From assembly GCF_006345805.1 (NCBI RefSeq), contig NC_043018.1, positions 20,832,001 to 20,896,000 of the forward strand: DNA of 64,000 nt. Direction: 5' to 3'. Made by a program: the position numbers and the translations under genes. Of this stretch, positions 1 through 11,430 are shown piece after piece. The notes under the pieces were generated by a model. The model ran no database searches. It saw nothing but the letters and a program-made list of their open reading frames with translations, and was not told the origin of the DNA. The stretch is from Octopus sinensis. Lineage: Eukaryota. The first letter of the stretch is position 1. Every line of letters begins with the position of its first letter.

Positions 1-52
1 TGTCTGTGTCGAAATAAAAATATACGAAAACGTAATTACATACATACAGACA

Positions 53-154
53 TATATGTTAATGTAAATATATATAAATGTATATATATGTACGAATGTA
101 AAAACATGTATATGTATTTATATATACACACACACACATATATATATATATATA

Positions 155-196
<42 letters not shown>

Positions 197-262
197 ATAT
201 ACATATATATATATATATGTGGTGTGTGTGTGTGTATGTATATACATATATATATATATATC

Positions 263-298
<36 letters not shown>

Positions 299-311
299 GT
301 GTGTGTGTATG

Positions 312-378
<67 letters not shown>

Positions 379-435
379 GTATGTATATATATATATAGGT
401 ACACACACATATATATATATATATATACATATATA
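53..435. repeat. (TA)n/(TG)n/(CA)n compound microsatellite
   Basis: Directly visible. Confidence 0.95.
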
Positions 436-1023
436 TTTCTATGAGATCATCTGTCAGTTTTGTATCTGATTTTTATTACATCAGAATTTAGAAATGTTAT
501 TATATATTTTTATGTTGTAATCATTAAAACCAATTCGATATGGCATATCTCTAAAAATTATTCAAAGCTGTCGATTTAATGTAGCGTAAATTTAAGAAGA
601 AGAAGAAAAATTCAACACTTGCGTCACTTTGGAATAATTTGGGTAAAAATTCGTACAATTACTAGTCGTAAATCGCTTTAGAAATTTGGCTGTAATATAT
701 TTTAAAATGTTGCAAATGTATGTAAGACTGCCATCACTTATTCTAGCCATAGTTTCTTTTTCTATGTTGTAATTTTAAAATCTACATGTGTACAATGACA
801 AACACATATAGACTCACCTCACCGTATATTTATATATGGTTTGTTTCCTGCTTCCATATACAAACACAGCCCGATGGTTATGACGTTCGCTTTATCAGTA
901 TAGCGATCCCGGGTTCGATATCATCTTGCACAACTGAGTTCCTTTTTTTTTTCTCCCTAGTCTCGAGGTGATCCGAGCTTTTTGACTGAAATAAGTAAAT
1001 GTAAAATATAGTTACCTATCGTT

Positions 1024-1478
1024 GTAGGAGTGACTGTGTAGTATAAAGTAGCTTGCTTACGAACTACATAGTTCCGGGTTCAGTCCCACTGCGTGGCACC
1101 TTGGGCAAGTGTCTTCTACTATAGCCTCGGGCTAACCAAAGCTTTGTGAGTGGATTTGGTAGACGGAAACTGAAAGAAGCCCGTCGTATATATATATGTG
1201 TGTGTGTGTTTGTATGTCTGTATTTGCCCCCCCCCCAATTGCTTTGAGAGTGGATTTGGTAGACGGAAACTGAAAGAAGCCTGTCGTATATATGTATATA
1301 TATATATGTCTGTGTGTTTGTGTGTCTGTGTTTGTCCCCCTAGCATTGCTTGACAACCAATGCTGGTGTGTTTACGTCCCCATAACTTAGCGGTTCGGCA
1401 AAAGTGACCGATCGAATAAGAACTAGGCTTACAAAGAATAAGTCCTGGGTCAATGTGCTCGACTAAAGGCGGTGCCAC
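1024..1478 (+). mobile_element. tRNA-head SINE (family A: GGAGTGGCTGTGTGGTAAGTAGC...(TA)n(TG)n...GAAACAAGTAAAAGAGT)
   Basis: At least 15 near-identical copies in the window (e.g. 9505, 13340, 18365, 18865, 19349, 35131, 38138, 43740, 44463, 51795, 56930, 59887, 60780, 63253); Pol III box-like head and internal microsatellite. Confidence 0.85.
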
Positions 1479-1958
1479 AGTCATTGCCCAAGGTGCCGCG
1501 CAGTGGGACTGAACCCAGAACCATGTGGTTGGTAAGCAAGCTACTTACCACACAGCCACATATATCAGACAATGCTTCATGCAAAGTATACTACTCGATA
1601 AAAAAAATAATCTATTTAAATAACAGTCAACGCATGTGATATAGATCTATGTTACAAAAACGTAATGATATGAGTAATTTTCTTATACGCAACAAAGGAA
1701 ACAGTCTGTTCCATAATGCTCGACACGCCGTGACAAGACGTGTTTTAAAATAATTAACTTTCAGAAAATAGAGTACAGAAAAAAAAAATTAATAATTCTG
1801 AAAATCTTTCGGTGAGATAAATGTTGGATGTTTATTTTATAATATAACACAGATTCGAAAAAACGTGATTTTTCGGTACGTGAAGTTCGGGTTTTTTTAA
1901 AGTGGAGGAGCGTAGCATAGGCTGTGTTTTGCGATTTGACTACACTGCAGTAAGTCGT

Positions 1959-2345
1959 TTGTGGAGGTGCAATGGCCCAGTGGTCAGGGCAGCGGACTCG
2001 CGGTCGTAGGATCGCGGTTTCGATTCCCAGACCGGGCGTTGTGAGTGTTTATTGAGCAAAAACACCTAAAGCTCCACGAGGCTCCGGCAGGGATAGTGGT
2101 GATCCCTGTTGTACTCTTTCACCACAACTTTCTCTCACTCTTACTTCCTGTTTCTGTTGTACCTGTATTTCAAAGGGCCGGCCTTGTCACTCTCTGTGTC
2201 ACGCTGAATATCCCCGAGAACTACGTTAAGGGTACACGTGTCTGTGGAGTGCTCAGCCACTTACACATTAATTTCACGAGCAGGCTGTTCCGTTGATCGG
2301 ATCAACCGGAACCCTCGTCGTCGTAACCAACGGAGTGCTTCCATC
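1959..2345 (+). mobile_element. tRNA-derived SINE (family D here), full length with 11-bp TSD
   Basis: A/B-box-like head (TGGCCCAGTGG...GGTTTCGATTCC); CAGTAAGTCGT duplicated at 1948-1958 and 2346-2356. Relatives at about 6180-6495, 13745-13865, 34184-34810 and 47840-48050. Confidence 0.85.
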
Positions 2346-2529
2346 CAGTAAGTCGTATCTGGGGAGAACAATATCGCCCGTTTTAAAAGGGTTAATAAAT
2401 TTTTCGTAACTATGTTTAAGGTTTCAAAAAAGAATGGAAAACGAAATTTAGTGTGATAAGAACAATAATCGGATTATAATGGTAAGTTTCAGAAAATTTT
2501 CTATGGTATCTTCAAAAACCAACAGCAAT

Positions 2530-2579
<50 letters not shown>

Positions 2580-2757
2580 ATATATAATAAATATTAGGGA
2601 ATAAATCCAAAATTACAGGGAAAAAAAATCAGATTTAGGATTAAATCCAATTTTATAGTAAAATATTATATAATATTAATTCGAGACAAAACCACTATTT
2701 TGCAAATCAAACAAGGAAAGACTTAATCAATACATAAAAATTTAATATAAAGTAAAT

Positions 2758-2811
2758 AAATCGCCACTACAATTGTTTCATGTCTTCAAATGACATTCGT
2801 CAGGTGGATTT
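2758..2811 (-). ncRNA. Identical hammerhead ribozyme, left arm of palindrome
   Basis: Exact reverse complement of 2862-2915. Confidence 0.85.
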
Positions 2812-2861
2812 CCGATCTTCTAGTCAGTTTTAATTTAAATTAAAACTGACTAGAAGATCGG

Positions 2862-2915
2862 AAATCCACCTGACGAATGTCATTTGAAGACATGAAACAA
2901 TTGTAGTGGCGATTT
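2862..2915 (+). ncRNA. Minimal type I hammerhead ribozyme (Penelope-like-element type), right arm of palindrome
   Basis: CCAC-CTGACGA-ATGTC(ATTTGAA)GACAT-GAAAC-AATT-GTA-GTGG: full catalytic core, 5-bp helix II, palindromic helix III ACAATTGT, GUA triplet, CCAC/GTGG helix I extendable by AAAT/ATTT. Confidence 0.85.
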
Positions 2916-2991
2916 ATTTACTTTATATTAAATTTTTTTATGTATTGATTAAGTCTTTCTTTGATTTGCAAAATAGTCGTTTTGTCTCGAA

Positions 2992-3038
<47 letters not shown>

Positions 3039-4054
3039 ATATAAGTCAAGTTTCAACACAAGAAAAAAATCTGCAATTTTTGTAACAGGAAATGCTTGAA
3101 GCTTTTATTCTGATTGTTGGAGGATTGTTGGAGAAAGTGTGTGGCCTAACAGTTAAAGGTGTTTTAGAGGTGTTCGGTTCGCAATCATAAGTTCGTGGGC
3201 TCAATTGACGGATCACCGAGGCTATAGTAGAAGACACTTGCCCAAGGTGCCACGCAGTGGGACTGAACCTGGAACTATGTAGTTAGTAAGCAAGCTACTT
3301 TACCACACAGTCACTCCTACGACGATAGGTAACTATATTTTACATTTACTTATTTCAGTCAAAAAGCTCGGATCACCTCCGAGCAAGGCCCATCATTTCA
3401 CCTTGTTCCAGTCTACTTATCTGCAAATGAGTACCAACTGAGTGCTGCTGCAACTCACCTCTCTCTCCAGCAGTCACAGACAATATGTCCCTCAACATCA
3501 AGGGCGATGAGGAGCAAGGCATTTCTTTAACTACTAGCGACTTCATAAGCACATATAACCATTTCTGAAAACATAAGGGCTTATCAAGTCAAACTGGCTC
3601 GCGAGTGACGGCTGGCTGTACTTGTAGTCAGAGGACGAGGGCCAACATCGATTACCTTTTTTTTTCAGAGCATCTGGAAGAGATGGAAGTGAGGAAAATG
3701 TGCATAAAGCAGAAACCATAAAAAAATCCTCTTCCCGGGTGACAATGACTTATATGCCAGATTGTTGCACAGGTTTTAGCTGTTTTGATAAGGGAAATCG
3801 GAAAGGTTTGAAATGAGTTCATCGGCATTTACTTGTACCAAAGAGCACTCTCTCCATAGACAACACACTGATCTCATAAGGGTCGCGTGGTGGAAATAAA
3901 CGCAGTTACCAAGCTTTCAATTCATTATTTCGTTTTTTTTTTGCATTTCAATTTGAACGTCTGTACTCCAAACTGAGTACATGCGCTTATGTAAAACGAC
4001 GTCCTTTATTTTTTAATCATTATCTGCTGATATCAAAATAAGTAGTATATTCTT

Positions 4055-4689
4055 TTCTACTCTAGGCACAAAATTTAGGGGGAGGAGGTCAGTCGATTAG
4101 ATCGACCCCAGTATGCTACTGGTACTTAATTTATCAATCCCAAAAGAATGAAAGGCAAAGTCGACCTCAGTGGAATTTGAACTCAGAACATAAAGACAGA
4201 CGAAATATCGCTAAAGATTTCGCCCGGCGTGCTAACGATTCTGCCAGCTTGCTTTATTAAATAATCTTTTCTACCCTAGGCACAAGGCCCGAAATTTTGG
4301 GGGAGGAGACTAGTCGATTAGATCGATCCTACTACGTAACTGGTACTTAATTTATCGACCCTGAAAAGATGAAAAGCAAAGTCGACTTCGGCGGAATTTG
4401 AACTCAGAACGTAGCGGCAGACGAAATACCTATTTCTTTACTACTCACAAGGGGCTAAACACAGAGAGGACAAACAAGGACAGACAAACGGATTAAATCG
4501 ATTATATCGACCCCAATGCGTAACTGGTTCTTATTTAATCGACCCCGAAAGGATGAAAGGCAAAGTCGACCTCGACGGAATTTGAACTCAGAATGTAGCG
4601 GCAGACGAAATACTGCTAAGCATTTCCCCCGGCATGCTAACGTTTCTGCCATCTGACGTTTTAATAATAATAATAATATAATAATAATA

Positions 4690-4725
<36 letters not shown>

Positions 4726-4908
4726 CAACAACAACAACAACAAAAACGGTTTCAAATTTCGGGGGAGGAGGACAAGTCGATTACATCGACTCCAGGACTC
4801 AACTGGTACTTATTTTATCTACACTGAAAAGATTGAAGAAAACGTCAACCTCGGCAGGATTTGAACTCGAGTCCGACGCGCTGACAACTCTGTCAGCTCG
4901 CCGCCTTC
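4055..4908 (-). mobile_element. Cluster of family B SINE-like repeats (GGCGAGCTGGCAGAAACGTTAGC...TCTGAGTTCAAATTCCGCCGAGGTCGAC...)
   Basis: Four tandem or adjacent copies; also at about 12880-13320, 15708, 27060, 37190, 46510, 48495, 50352, 54050, 55320 and 61770-62925. Confidence 0.8.
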
Positions 4909-5446
4909 ACGTGAGCCAAGATATTAACATTTGAGAGACTCGGTCGATCTGTGCGTGTGAGAAGACATGCATGGGAAATGGTCTTTGCAAGATGTTGTGC
5001 ACCGACAAGAAAATTAGACTGATAAGTCTTGACCTTTAGCGATATTCCATTCAAAGAAAATTCCATTGATTTTATTCAAAAGACAGGATGAGTCTTGCTC
5101 GATGCTCCGTGGATTTCTTTTCAAAGGCTTGGCTCTAATAGATTTCATTAAGTTTGAAGTATATGAGAGGCTGGTTCTAACTGTATTCTTTGTCTTCGAC
5201 AGTGTTAATAGATTTTTTTTTTCTAAATTTAGTTTAGATTATAAATAATTCAGAGACCTTAATCTGCATGAAAAAATAAGAGCAAAGTTCTTGTGAGAAC
5301 ATTTAATGTGTAGCATCCAAAGGTTAACGGGAAGTTCATATCAGATGAGGAAAATTATATTGATTAATTACTGATATTTATTGTTGTTGTTGTTCTTCTT
5401 CTTCTTCTTCTTCTTTTTATTATTATTATTAATATTATTATTATTA

Positions 5447-5494
<48 letters not shown>

Positions 5495-6499
5495 CCTTTT
5501 TGTTTTGGTGGAGGTAAGGGTTTATTTATTTGTTTGTTTTAAATTATCCCAGTAAATAAAGTTTAACACCTTCGGATACAAACGGCCGAAATAGGGTTCT
5601 TCTTAAGGACCTCTGGAATAACGTTACTCGACAGGGTGCTAAACCCCAAGATAAAGGAATCTCTCAAGATCGAACCGTTAGTTTTCCGCATTGAGAAAAA
5701 CACAGCTCCGATACTACGGAAATGCGGCTAGAATGCCGCAGGAGAGGATGACAAGACAGGAGTTTTCAAGTTGTGCCAATTGCCAAGGGACCCAGGAGAC
5801 CCAGAAGACCCAGGAGACTCAGAAGACCCAGGAGACCCAGGATTAGACCGAGAACGTGATGGTTGTTTAATATCCATAGACTCGGTTGGTCATACTTGGG
5901 GATCCAAGCAGAAAATTTAATGGCTGTTGCTTCTGACAGGATTCTATAAGGAAGGCGTCAGAGGCCCCCTACGACCTCCAAAGAATAGTGAGCAACGAAA
6001 ATGGATGGAACTTCGAGAATTTTCTGTCTTATGTCTGGCCTTCTTGTACTTGGTGAAAATTCAGATGGAAAATTAAAAGTAAAGCATAACGTTTCGAGTA
6101 CAGCTCTTCGTCGGGTTTGTATATTTCAGAAAAGAGGAAAAGGGGGGAGAAACGGATAGTCTGGAAAAAGCACGTGAGTATGTATAGTAGTTAGGGAATT
6201 GGGCTCATGATCGTAAGGTCGTGATTTCGATTCACGGCAGCGCGTTGTCTCCTTCAACAAGACACTTTATTTTTTGTTGTTCTAGTTCACTCAGCTGGCA
6301 AAAATAAGTTGTACCTGTATTTCAAAAGAGCCAGCTTTGTCACACTCTGTGTCACGCTGAATCTCCCTGAGAACTACGTTAAGGGGACGCGTGTCTGTGG
6401 AGTGCTCAGCCACTTGCATGTTAATTTCGCGAGCAGGCTGTTCCGTTATTCCGATCAAATGGAACCATTGTGGTTATAACCGACGGAGTGCTTATCAGT

Positions 6500-6569
6500 A
6501 GGTGTATATATATATATATATATAATATATATATATATACATATACATACGTGCATATACATACACACA

Positions 6570-6625
<56 letters not shown>

Positions 6626-6851
6626 TACCTATATATTCATATATATGCATACATATATATATATACATATTTATACATATATATATATATATATGTTTAA
6701 TACATATTTATACATATGTATATAAATATATATATTCATATATACATATATATACATATGTATGTATATATATATATATATTGAATATGCATATATATAT
6801 ATAGATATACTCACACAAACATATATGTATATATATGTATATATATGAGTA

Positions 6852-6938
<87 letters not shown>

Positions 6939-6991
6939 CAGAAAGAGAGCATTAACATATATCTGTTTGTCAGATATCTGCCTGTGCGTGG

Positions 6992-7058
<67 letters not shown>

Positions 7059-7088
7059 CATGTGTGTATATGTGTGTGCGTGTAGGTA

Positions 7089-7119
<31 letters not shown>

Positions 7120-8050
7120 GCACCCACACACATAGGCAGCAGATATCTGACAGACAGATATATGTTAATGCTCTCTTTTCTGCTGACGATGTCATTATAT
7201 TCGTTTTGTATCTCTTCTCTCCGCCATTTTGCTTTATTGTGCAAGTCGTGTACAAAATCTAAAAAGCAACAAAACTAACAACAACAAAAATAATAATAAT
7301 AATAATAATAACAATAATAATAACAACAATAATAATAATAATAAAAACTTATTAAATGAGTATTTTTCAATCACATCTCATCTCGAACGGCTCATCCCTT
7401 CTGCTAGCTAGCGGACATTAACATATACTGTTAGATTCCATTAAAATGAAAATTAATATGCTACGGAGAGGAGAAGAGAAAGATTTCTACACACACACAC
7501 ATATATATATATATGTGTGTGTGTATATATATATATAGATAGATAGATGTCTCCATATGTGTTGTGGCGCGTTGTTTTATCTTAGATTTCACATTAACAA
7601 GACGAAATACGTAATCACGTCAGAAACATAAATACGGTTTTCAAACTACTTTTATCAACAAATTTTATCAACAAAATATAAATAATGATGTGAAAAGGCT
7701 TCTAAATACATTCAACAGTGAATTTTTATTTTGTATGAGTAGTTGTTGTTTTGGGGTGGGGGGGCTTTTGTTTTCTGTGTCTTTTCTTGTTTTGTTTTTT
7801 TTTGGTTATTGTACTTTGATTTTTTTTTTTCCTTGCGAAATTAAAATGAAACAGAACAGCTCTCGAAATACTTAACACCTAAAGAGCAGTTGCGAATTAT
7901 ACCTACATATGTGTGTGGGCGTGGGTGTGTGTATGTATGTATGTATGTATGTATGTATGATGTGTGTATGTACATAAATTCATACATATATGTATGTATG
8001 AGCATATATATAGTATGCGTGTATGTGTATGTATATATATATGTATATAT

Positions 8051-8082
<32 letters not shown>

Positions 8083-8087
8083 CATAC

Positions 8088-8168
<81 letters not shown>

Positions 8169-8171
8169 ATA

Positions 8172-8236
<65 letters not shown>
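6500..8236. repeat. Block of (TA)n, (TATG)n and (AAT)n microsatellites
   Basis: Directly visible. Confidence 0.9.
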
Positions 8237-8238
<2 letters not shown>

Positions 8239-8382
8239 CAGTGCAGTCATGGCTGTGTGATTAAGAAGCTTGATTTGCAACCACATCGGTTCCGGTTCGC
8301 CCTACTGCGCGGCACCTTGGCCCGGCACCTTGGCGCGGCACCTTTCTGCATTGTCCGGTTAAATTTAAAATTAAATGAATAT

Positions 8383-8750
8383 TGTTGTAAAGCGGTCTTT
8401 TGGCACTGTTGTATCTGTTTTTCGACGACGGTTGTCGCTCTGACAGATATTGTTATATTCCGAAGTCGTCGATAGAACGTTTCTATCTGGCACCGTACGA
8501 CCCCCAGTCGTACAGTAGTATATTCTTCAAAATGTTGGATCGATATAATGTCCACTCAGTATCACAGTATGATTACTTTATCAGGACAGACACGACTATC
8601 AACACAGTCTACACATACTCTCGACCGTCTGACATTTTTACCTTCTAGTGTCGACCGGCTACTGGTCTATTTATAACGGCTGGCTACTACCACTTTTTAT
8701 CCGAAGAGGTGTTAAGTTTCACTATACAACAACTATACACATTTACAACA
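8383..8750. mobile_element. Possible solo LTR
   Basis: 9-bp terminal inverted repeat TGTTGTAAA...TTTACAACA, internal TATAAATAG on minus, CpG-rich; TSD only 3/4 (ATAT/ACAT). Confidence 0.4.
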
Positions 8751-8790
8751 ACATTACATTAAAATAACGATGTGTGTAGCTTATATAATA

Positions 8791-9015
8791 CAGGGTGCGG
8801 CAGAAGTAACGCCCTATGCATTTCAGTTTCCTAGTTCCCAATTGAATTTCTTTCTTTATTTCCTAAAACTTCTGCAATTTTTTCATTAGTTTATTATTCG
8901 TTTCTATAAGTAATGCAATAAAATTTGTGTTCAATAAAAAAATTACTTAATAAACATTTATATACAATAAAAATTATTAAATGCAAAAAAAAGACATTAC
9001 TTCTGTCGCACCCTG
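8791..9015. mobile_element. Tc1/mariner-type MITE
   Basis: 19-bp TIRs CAGGGTGCGGCAGAAGTAA / TTACTTCTGTCGCACCCTG, TA on both sides. Confidence 0.85.
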
Positions 9016-10453
9016 TATATATACAAACGTAAACATGCAAATCTATCATTTTCTAGAAGTTTCTCTGAGACAAAATAGTAATGCTGACTGTGTTCTACTT
9101 TGTATATACATTATACAATTTATGTAAATTGGTCTCTCCAATAGTGTTACACCGCTAGACTTAGTGTCTATTTAAGCAATATATTCGTAGATAGTTGGAT
9201 GTGGCGCTGATGAGAGAGCAATAACTCCTGAAAATACATATACACCCATTACCTATCATTCTCTCTTCGTTCGCATTGTTTACAAAGACATATTCGTATA
9301 CGAAATTTAGTAACTTTTGATGCTGGCTCTAAATTCTATAGAAAACTTGTAAAGATAATCTTAAAAATGAAAATAACGCACTGCTAACGCAAACGTTGGA
9401 CACAATATTGGCTTATAAGCCTTTAATATATCTGGTGGTATATTACTATTGCAGAACGAAATACTGTTGCAAAACGAAATCCCTACAAGCAATTAATATA
9501 AATTTTAGCCACATGGTTCTGGGTTCAGTCCCACTGCATGGCACCTAGGGCGAGTGTCTTCTACTATAGCCTTGGGCCGACCAAAGCCTTGGGCCGACCA
9601 AAGCCTTGTGAGTGGATTTGGTAGATGGAAACTGAAAAAAAATCAGTCGTGTGCGTGTGTGTGTCCCACCATCGCTTGACAACCGATGTTGGTGTGCTTA
9701 CGTCCCCGTAGCGTAGCGGTTCGGCAAAAGTAACCGATAGAATAAGTACTAGGCTTACAAAGAATAAGGCCTGGGGTCGATTTGTTCGACTAAAGATGGT
9801 GCCCCAACATGGCCGCAGTCAAAATGGCTGAAACAAGTAAAAGAATAAAAGAATCAGAGAAACGTAAATTTCTCAGTATTTACCGGGTCCAATGTAGTAC
9901 TTATTAAAAAAAGGAAAAGAAACGAATTTCTTTTCAAATGTAAGTGTTTCCTACGTTCCAAAACGACTCCAAGATTATCTCCTTGACGGCAAATCGTACT
10001 CGAACTCCGATTAATAGGGCAGAATTATCTGTTGTAAAAGATAAATTCGACAAAAGAGAAATTAATTTTATTGGTAATCCTCGCCACATGTCAATTTTCT
10101 CTAGTCTTTCAACAATGTTAACTTTTCTCCTAATCTCATTAATATCTTTTGTTTGTGACTGTTGACAATTTTATTTTATAGCGTTAAATATTTATATTTC
10201 GGGTTCATGAAATGTGCATTAAAAAGTCAGTGTTGGAGCAAAGGTTTGTTTTTACGAATATCTATTTTAGATACGATTTTAAGGGAAAACGAAAAAGAAA
10301 AAAATATCGATTATTGATTAGAATGGTGGCCCATTAATTTTAATAACAATATGAGACAATCACATCGCTCTGGAAAAATCATTAACTCACTTTTTGATAT
10401 TGAAATTAAATTAAGAAAAATTATTCACTAAAACTGTTTTATTGGATCGGCAT

Positions 10454-10500
<47 letters not shown>

Positions 10501-10501
10501 A

Positions 10502-10544
<43 letters not shown>

Positions 10545-10917
10545 GTTGTTGTTGTTGTTGTTGTTGTTGTTATTACTATCTCAATAACTCTGTTATATAA
10601 AATTCTACAGTTATTCATTTGGCAATTGCTTACATTCAGTTGTATATCTTCTCATAAAATGCTAAGTTTTGTGGAGAAAGACAGACAGAGAGAAAAAGAT
10701 AGACGTATAGAGAGGGTGAGACAGAAAGACGGGTGAATAAAAGTTTCCAAAAGATCGATGTTGTGTTTGAGCTTTTTTGTTCTACGAAAGAAGAGCAAGA
10801 AGAGGAGTGAGTTCCAAGCGGGAGGAATGTAAGGAAATAAAATAGAAAATGGCTGGGGTTTTTTTTTCTTTTTTTTTCCTTTGGTTTTCGGTTATGGTTT
10901 TAAAATTATTAGTGCGC

Positions 10918-10962
<45 letters not shown>

Positions 10963-11039
10963 TGTGTGTGTGTGCGCGCACCCACGCGTGGCAAATATGC
11001 TCAACTTTTATGTTAAGTGTACTCGGTCGACAATGTTTA

Positions 11040-11430
11040 TTATATATTGACGAGGGTGATGAAGAAGAGGAGCGGGAGAAGGAGCAAGAACAGAAGCGGG
11101 AAGAGGAAGAATAAGGGGAACAGGGTGGGGGCGAAGAGGACGAGGAGCATAAAGAAGACGACGACGAGGAAGAAGACGACGATAGAAGAGGACGACGATA
11201 GAAGAGGACGACGATAGAAGAGGACGACGATGGAAGAGGACAGGGAGCAAGAGAGGGAAGGAGGACAGGGGAGGAGGACAGGGGCAGGGGAGGAAGAAGA
11301 GAAGGAGGAGGAGGAGAAGGAGAAGGAGGACGACGACGACGACATGGGGAGGATGACATGGGGAAGAGCAAGACATGGGAAGGAGGAGGACATGGGAGGA
11401 GGAGGGCATGGGGAGGAGGATCCCTCCCTC
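11040..11430 (+). repeat. Purine-rich (GAG/GAA/GAC)n and GGAGGACAT low-complexity tract
   Basis: Directly visible. Confidence 0.9.

Larger units (their letters stand above)
2594..3002. mobile_element. Fold-back element, probably a Penelope-like pseudo-LTR in inverted arrangement, flanked by (TA)n
   Basis: About 165-bp arms with no loop (centre 2836/2837), the left arm about 75 bp longer; carries hammerheads. Its start (TTAGGGAATAAATCCAAAATTACAGGGAAAA) recurs in diverged form at about 48770. Confidence 0.65.

Noticed and set aside
36-469. ORFs of YI/HT/CV dipeptides (also 6470-8475, 24032-24321, 60733-61037 and others)
   Set aside because: Translations of (TA)n/(CA)n microsatellites, which lack stop codons in most frames.
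1961-2035. tRNA gene (also 33554-33625)
   Set aside because: tRNA-like A/B boxes are SINE heads, continuous with repeat bodies and a TSD; the acceptor stem does not close.
8247-8648. Opposing 102-aa and 82-aa ORFs
   Set aside because: No recognisable domain; they span a SINE fragment and the putative LTR boundary.
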